A stretch of 64,000 nt of DNA from Methanobacteriota archaeon (GTDB lineage: Archaea; Thermoplasmatota; Thermoplasmata; SG8-5; DAIRED01): contig JAZDNO010000027.1 of the NCBI GenBank assembly GCA_043799545.1, positions 39,175 to 103,174 of the forward strand. The letters run 5' to 3'. Shown here in pieces: positions 57,101 through 64,000 of the stretch. A model generated the notes under the pieces. It had not been told where the DNA came from, did no database searches, and was given only the letters and a program-made list of their open reading frames with translations. A program made the position numbers and the translations under genes. Within the stretch, counting starts at the first letter, position 1, and each line of letters opens with the position of its first letter.

Positions 57101-58417
57101 TCACATTCCGACGTACTTTGCGGATTGTTTCTTGCTCACTTCCGACAAAAATTTCAGCAAAACGGGTTTATCATCCAAAGAGCGCCGATCGATGTACCGT
57201 ATCATGTTGGACACCTTATGCCTAACGCTGTTTTCCATGCCATCCAACATCTCACCATACCCGCACATTGATATGGTATTTGCCGTAATTTGGGCTACGG
57301 ATTCGAGCTGACCATAAAATGTCAGTAGAGCGCCCGTATTGATGAGGATTTTCGAGGCATCGCATCGCCTCTTTAATCCCCGCATCATGCCGACTTCAGA
57401 ATTCACAGCATCCGTGAACGTCTTATGTAACTCTGTTTCCATCTCCATTATTTCTTCCATATTTAAAACGAGCTCGGTCGCATCAGCTATTTCCACGCGC
57501 TCCTTCGTTTTGTCTATCAACCCATTGTATTTATGGATGAAATCGTCGTGCAGCAGATTCTTGCGCAATTCAACGATGTCTTCGAAGGTAAGGTTATCGA
57601 GAATCTCTACGGGGAAAATCTTCTGAGTCCTATCCTTGATTATGCTGGTTAAAATTCGGTAAAAAATCTCCCAGTCCGACAGAGTTGTCTTATGGCCGGT
57701 GAGGTCCGTAATACTGAACTCCATAAGATTCTCTTGAGGCAGCACGCCTTCACAATTAACGGCACGTGCGTTTGATAGATAATAGATGAAATCCGCATAT
57801 TCGGAGAGCCTGAACCACAGCTCTTTGTTGTGCGAATCCTTGGCAATTTTGTAAATGTCTATTCTCTCAGGCGATTTCAACGCCCGTATCCGCTTCACAA
57901 CTTTTTTTACGGTGGACCTTTGTACATTGGGCGTGTTAAACCGAAGAACTGAGCGCTCATCCTCAAGGTCGCATATCAACCGCTTCTTGAACCATTTCGT
58001 CGATGCGCCAGCATCCCACCTGAGAGCGGTTTCGACGTAACCCGCGATGAATGTATCTATCTCCTCGGCTTCTTTGCCGGCATAGAGGTGCTTTTCGGGT
58101 GAATGCTCGCGCTCGAAAGCCAGGAACTCCGAGAAATCCTTATGCTTCGACGCGAGCGTTGGGACCAAAAGGCCTTCTTTCAGAACTATCTCGCTCTCAC
58201 TTAAAAAGTTCTTGCACATTTCAGATTTGTATATATCGGCGGCGTCTATCACGACCATTCCCTTGATGAGCCCCAGGAACTTGACCTTTCGTTCGAGTGC
58301 TTTGGCAATCTCCCGAATCTCTTCGCGGGATCTCTCAATCTGGCTATAGTTGATGCGGTCGAACTCTGTGAAATACGCCCTCGGAATCTTCAGGTCATCG
58401 GGTTCGATGAACTTCAT
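57101..58417 (-). CDS. Hypothetical cytoplasmic protein (438 aa), accessory
   Basis: Long uninterrupted ORF with lower GC and codon usage unlike core genes; no family confidently recognised. Confidence 0.8.
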   Translation of the reverse strand: MKFIEPDDLKIPRAYFTEFDRINYSQIERSREEIREIAKALERKVKFLGLIKGMVVIDAADIYKSEMCKNFLSESEIVLKEGLLVPTLASKHKDFSEFLAFEREHSPEKHLYAGKEAEEIDTFIAGYVETALRWDAGASTKWFKKRLICDLEDERSVLRFNTPNVQRSTVKKVVKRIRALKSPERIDIYKIAKDSHNKELWFRLSEYADFIYYLSNARAVNCEGVLPQENLMEFSITDLTGHKTTLSDWEIFYRILTSIIKDRTQKIFPVEILDNLTFEDIVELRKNLLHDDFIHKYNGLIDKTKERVEIADATELVLNMEEIMEMETELHKTFTDAVNSEVGMMRGLKRRCDASKILINTGALLTFYGQLESVAQITANTISMCGYGEMLDGMENSVRHKVSNMIRYIDRRSLDDKPVLLKFLSEVSKKQSAKYVGM

Positions 58418-58580
58418 GATTTCAATTCCCCTTTATGCCGCTCCACCCCATTGAAACATGGCAACGACGGGATATAAAACCGACTGATGACGAGAATCAA
58501 CCGCTGCACCGGCAAGTTTAAACCGATTCCGAATATTCGGTGTCGGGGAGACGCGACCCCGCAGAGGAGGGCCAAACGAG

Positions 58581-59036
58581 ATGACGCCAATCGAGATCTA
58601 TGCTTTCGTGGTGGTGCTTACGATTATGGTTCCACTGCTGATGGAGATATATTACCAGCAGCAATACAAGATGCTGCTCGTCAGCAAGCTAAGCGCAAGC
58701 GGGGGTAACCTTGACCACGACGAATTGAAACAGGTCATGAAGATTCAGCCTGGCATTCCGGGATTATACCGGATAATGCTCGCCAACTCGGCGATAATAA
58801 TCCTCGGGATGTCGCTTTTCTACATGTTCACCGAGGATGTTCCTGCGGGGAGCGCCCAGACAATCAACATGGTGTTGAGCATGCTGGCGGGACTCATCGC
58901 GGCTATAACTGGGTTCTATTTCGGAGGGCGCGCGAGCGAGAGTGCGATGAAGACGGCTGATGACGCGAGAAACTCCGGCGGGGCGGCTGGCGAGAAACAG
59001 GCGCCGGTCAAGACCGCGCCAGAGAATCCGAAATAA
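58581..59036 (+). CDS. Hypothetical 3-TM membrane protein
   Basis: GGAGG RBS upstream; three hydrophobic segments, last with ITGFYFG. Confidence 0.8.
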   Translation: MTPIEIYAFVVVLTIMVPLLMEIYYQQQYKMLLVSKLSASGGNLDHDELKQVMKIQPGIPGLYRIMLANSAIIILGMSLFYMFTEDVPAGSAQTINMVLSMLAGLIAAITGFYFGGRASESAMKTADDARNSGGAAGEKQAPVKTAPENPK

Positions 59037-59098
59037 CGCCGTATACTGCCATCGCTCCGCGAAACGGCAGCGACCGCCGATACGCACTCCATCCCAAC

Positions 59099-59467
59099 TC
59101 ACTTGACGAACTCGACTCCCGGCAGGTCTCTGAACTCTTTGTCGCCAGTGAGGAACTTTAATTTCCTGTCCCGCGCGACGACGTAGCCTATCGCGTCGGC
59201 GTAGCCGATGTTCAGCCCCCTGCATTTTAGCTCCCTGCGCTTGGCCATAGCCCTCTTTAGCTGGCCGTCAGAAACCTCGACCAGAACAGACGAGAAGGAT
59301 GAGAATACCTCCTCGGCGATATCCGGGTCGTCCAGCAGGCAGTAGTAAACCTCGATGAGGTTGAACCTCGTCGTAACGCCGTCCGGCTCGGCGAAATATT
59401 TCTTATAGGCTTGGCTGCCGCGCAAGTGTTCGATTATCGCATAACTGTCGTAGAAGTATTCAGCCAT
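59099..59467 (-). CDS. vapC: PIN-domain VapC toxin
   Basis: YFYDSYA.IE, T..NL.EV, IGYADA.GY..A......LTGD.EF. Confidence 0.92.
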   Translation of the reverse strand: MAEYFYDSYAIIEHLRGSQAYKKYFAEPDGVTTRFNLIEVYYCLLDDPDIAEEVFSSFSSVLVEVSDGQLKRAMAKRRELKCRGLNIGYADAIGYVVARDRKLKFLTGDKEFRDLPGVEFVK

Positions 59468-59675
59468 CCCAACCGCTCCGCATCTCGTCTTTTATCTTCT
59501 GGGCGTCGCCCTTCAGGAATCTTCCTGCGCCGAATAGCTCCGGAATCTTGCGCACCTTCCGGCGGATCTCGACCTCGATTGTGTCGTTCTCGGAGAGGTT
59601 GTTCTCCCTGACGGCAGCGATGGGCAGGACTATGCCGTAGGAGTTGCCCCACTTCTTGACGACGGAGAGGACCAT
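59460..59675 (-). CDS. vapB: AbrB/MazE/SpoVT-family antitoxin
   Basis: VKKWGNSYGIVLP...VRE..L...D.I; overlaps vapC start. Confidence 0.92.
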   Translation of the reverse strand: MVLSVVKKWGNSYGIVLPIAAVRENNLSENDTIEVEIRRKVRKIPELFGAGRFLKGDAQKIKDEMRSGWDG

Positions 59676-59682
59676 GGATGAA

Positions 59683-59703
59683 GTTATACATTAGGTTATA
59701 CAT
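59683..59703. promoter_or_regulatory. Candidate antitoxin operator in vapBC promoter
   Basis: GTTATACAT direct repeat at 59683-59691 and 59695-59703, 8-28 nt upstream of the vapB ATG. Confidence 0.6.
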
Positions 59704-59919
59704 AAAGGTTGTGGGGGATTTTAATGACTAAACCCTGTTACTGAATTCGATGCCCTATACGAAATGAAGGTCGCTCGATGAAAAGCTAATAGTCACTCCA
59801 GAATGTTACATCCATTTGTTACCATACTTTTGAAAAAAGACCCACATTTACCTCTAAATATCTCTTTGGACTCATTTTTAAGTCTCTGTCTGTCTTCTTA
59901 TTCTTCAACGTTCTTATTA

Positions 59920-60849
59920 TTATCCTGATATTATGATATCAGACTTCGCTCTAGACCATCGAAAACGACATTGCCCTTTTAATTGTGTTTTAAGGAGTTC
60001 TAATAAATCATTAGATTTGCCTAATGTAAACAATGGAGAACGACTTATCAGATAGGTGATATTTATTTTATCCACATTGTCTATTTTAATAAATGGATCG
60101 ATTGTACGTAGTATATCAATACTTTTTTCCATATCTTCCACGGTATCAAATTTAATTTCATAAGTATCTGGATAATAACAATAATATTTATCTTTTACAG
60201 TTGATCCACGAATCATATCCTGAATTCTTGAATTAATTGATTCCAATTCTAAATCTTTATCTGTTTTTCCCGATATTTTAAAAACTTCTAGCTCAATATT
60301 TCTTACTTTAGTTAATATTTCTGTTAAGAGTTCTTCTGGCTTTTGAAGTTTGACACCGTCATCTTTCTTCATTTTCTTATCAAGGTCGTTGATTTCTTTT
60401 TCCATAGATGCCCATTGACCATTAAAAGAACGTTCTAAAACTTTTTCTTCTAATGGTTTCACTAATAATTTATTAATTGAGATAAATACTTTGAGTAAAT
60501 CATCTTTTGTCAGTTTAGTATTTTGATATTGCGGAAACGGTTCCTTCACATCGGTTTCGTTTATCCCGATCAATATAGTATATACTCTTGAGTTATGCAA
60601 TTTTGCAGCTATAGCGCCCATTTCTAGAAACAACCATGGTGCATCTCGATTATCTGGCGTAAGAAAAAACATGCCGATATCTGATTCATGCAATTCAGAT
60701 AATATTTTATTGAACCATACGGTCCCCTTTTCAATATCTGGAGAAAAAAAAGGATCGACATCATTAATAATTGCTTTTGAATACGTATTAATTATGCAAG
60801 CTGCTGCTTTGCTTCGCTCTCCGGACCAACTGAGGAACAACTTTACCAT
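59920..60849 (-). CDS. TIR-domain protein (putative NADase/defence protein)
   Basis: LFLSWSGERSK, F.S..DIEKG..W...I..EL, LTPDN..APWL.LE.GA with catalytic Glu; strongly AT-rich; start set to ATG 60849. Confidence 0.9.
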   Translation of the reverse strand: MVKLFLSWSGERSKAAACIINTYSKAIINDVDPFFSPDIEKGTVWFNKILSELHESDIGMFFLTPDNRDAPWLFLEMGAIAAKLHNSRVYTILIGINETDVKEPFPQYQNTKLTKDDLLKVFISINKLLVKPLEEKVLERSFNGQWASMEKEINDLDKKMKKDDGVKLQKPEELLTEILTKVRNIELEVFKISGKTDKDLELESINSRIQDMIRGSTVKDKYYCYYPDTYEIKFDTVEDMEKSIDILRTIDPFIKIDNVDKINITYLISRSPLFTLGKSNDLLELLKTQLKGQCRFRWSRAKSDIIISG

Positions 60850-61027
60850 TAAATTGGAATACAATCATTAATATATAAATATATCGAGTTTAATCCAATA
60901 GTGTATAGTCCCGAAAGTATTTCCCACTTTGAAAAATGTTGAGCGCTCGAATTCTCTTTTAAATTCATACGCAACCTTTCTTCCTTTCTCTAGCTCCCGC
61001 TCTTTTATTTTCAAATAGAGAGAAATG

Positions 61028-61080
61028 GAGGGCCGCCCGCCCTCTCGGGCTAAAGCGACCCTCTTTTTGTTTTTCCCCTT
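61028..61080. terminator. Hairpin with flanking pyrimidine tracts downstream of 23S rRNA
   Basis: GAGGG.CGC...GCG.CCCTC stem (61028-61063) followed by a T-run on the plus strand. Confidence 0.35.
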
Positions 61081-61119
61081 CTAGGATCAGGAGGGAAAAA
61101 CTCATACGCAAACCTGTGA

Positions 61120-64000
<2,881 letters not shown>

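Larger units (their letters stand above)
57056..61111. mobile_element. Accessory/defence island bounded by short direct repeats next to the 23S 3' end (no integrase seen)
   Basis: ACTCATACGCAA at 57056-57067 and 61100-61111, and TCATACGCAAC at 60965-60975; contents visibly lower in GC (TA pair, TIR gene). Confidence 0.55.

Noticed and set aside
58484-58520. CTGATGA as a hammerhead ribozyme core or C/D box
   Set aside because: No stem II followed by GAAA, and no appropriately spaced CTGA D box
57000-61100. Integrase or transposase for the island
   Set aside because: No tyrosine/serine recombinase or DDE motifs in any ORF; the island call rests only on repeats and composition

Overview
GC-rich archaeal chromosomal segment, most consistent with Thermoplasmatota. 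Support: the archaeal 16S 5' end ATTCCGGTTGATCCTGCCGGCGGCCACC, 16S and 23S genes unlinked and about 48 kb apart, archaeal r-protein/aIF2a/Nop10/PAC2 and rpoE'-spt4-S24e-S27ae clusters, and abundant KaiC-like, HTH-TPR and small-GTPase genes. No methanogenesis genes are in the window, and the taxonomy is my inference without a database search. Most of the window is housekeeping and metabolism: glnA, thiME, glmMU, priS, argF, H+-PPase, nadE, rnhB, dtdA and a split B12 acyl-CoA mutase system. It also holds an efflux/resistance cluster (about 2-11 kb), tRNA-Leu(CAG), an intron-containing tRNA-Arg(CCG), and a 4-kb accessory island (unknown gene, membrane protein, VapBC, very AT-rich TIR gene) next to the 23S 3' end. 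Six observations stand out. (1) A kinase-free signalling toolkit: two tandem Rab-like GTPases beside a KaiC-like ATPase, a STAND ATPase-TPR protein with a longin/roadblock-like domain inserted in its NTPase, and a CHASE4-HAMP receptor ending in a V4R-like domain. (2) A 31-nt D-loop intron in tRNA-Arg(CCG). (3) The CHASE4 gene is flanked by direct repeats of the tauE 3' end and lies next to a hairpin-forming duplication of the tRNA-Leu 3' end. (4) The mutase large subunit has the isobutyryl-CoA-mutase (Phe/Gln) signature rather than the methylmalonyl-CoA-mutase (Tyr/Arg) one. (5) The TIR island is bounded by a repeated TCATACGCAA motif that also occurs next to the 23S 3' end. (6) A stand-alone 74-aa basic protein is a candidate chromatin protein. 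Domain calls are by-eye motif recognition and need HMM or structure confirmation.
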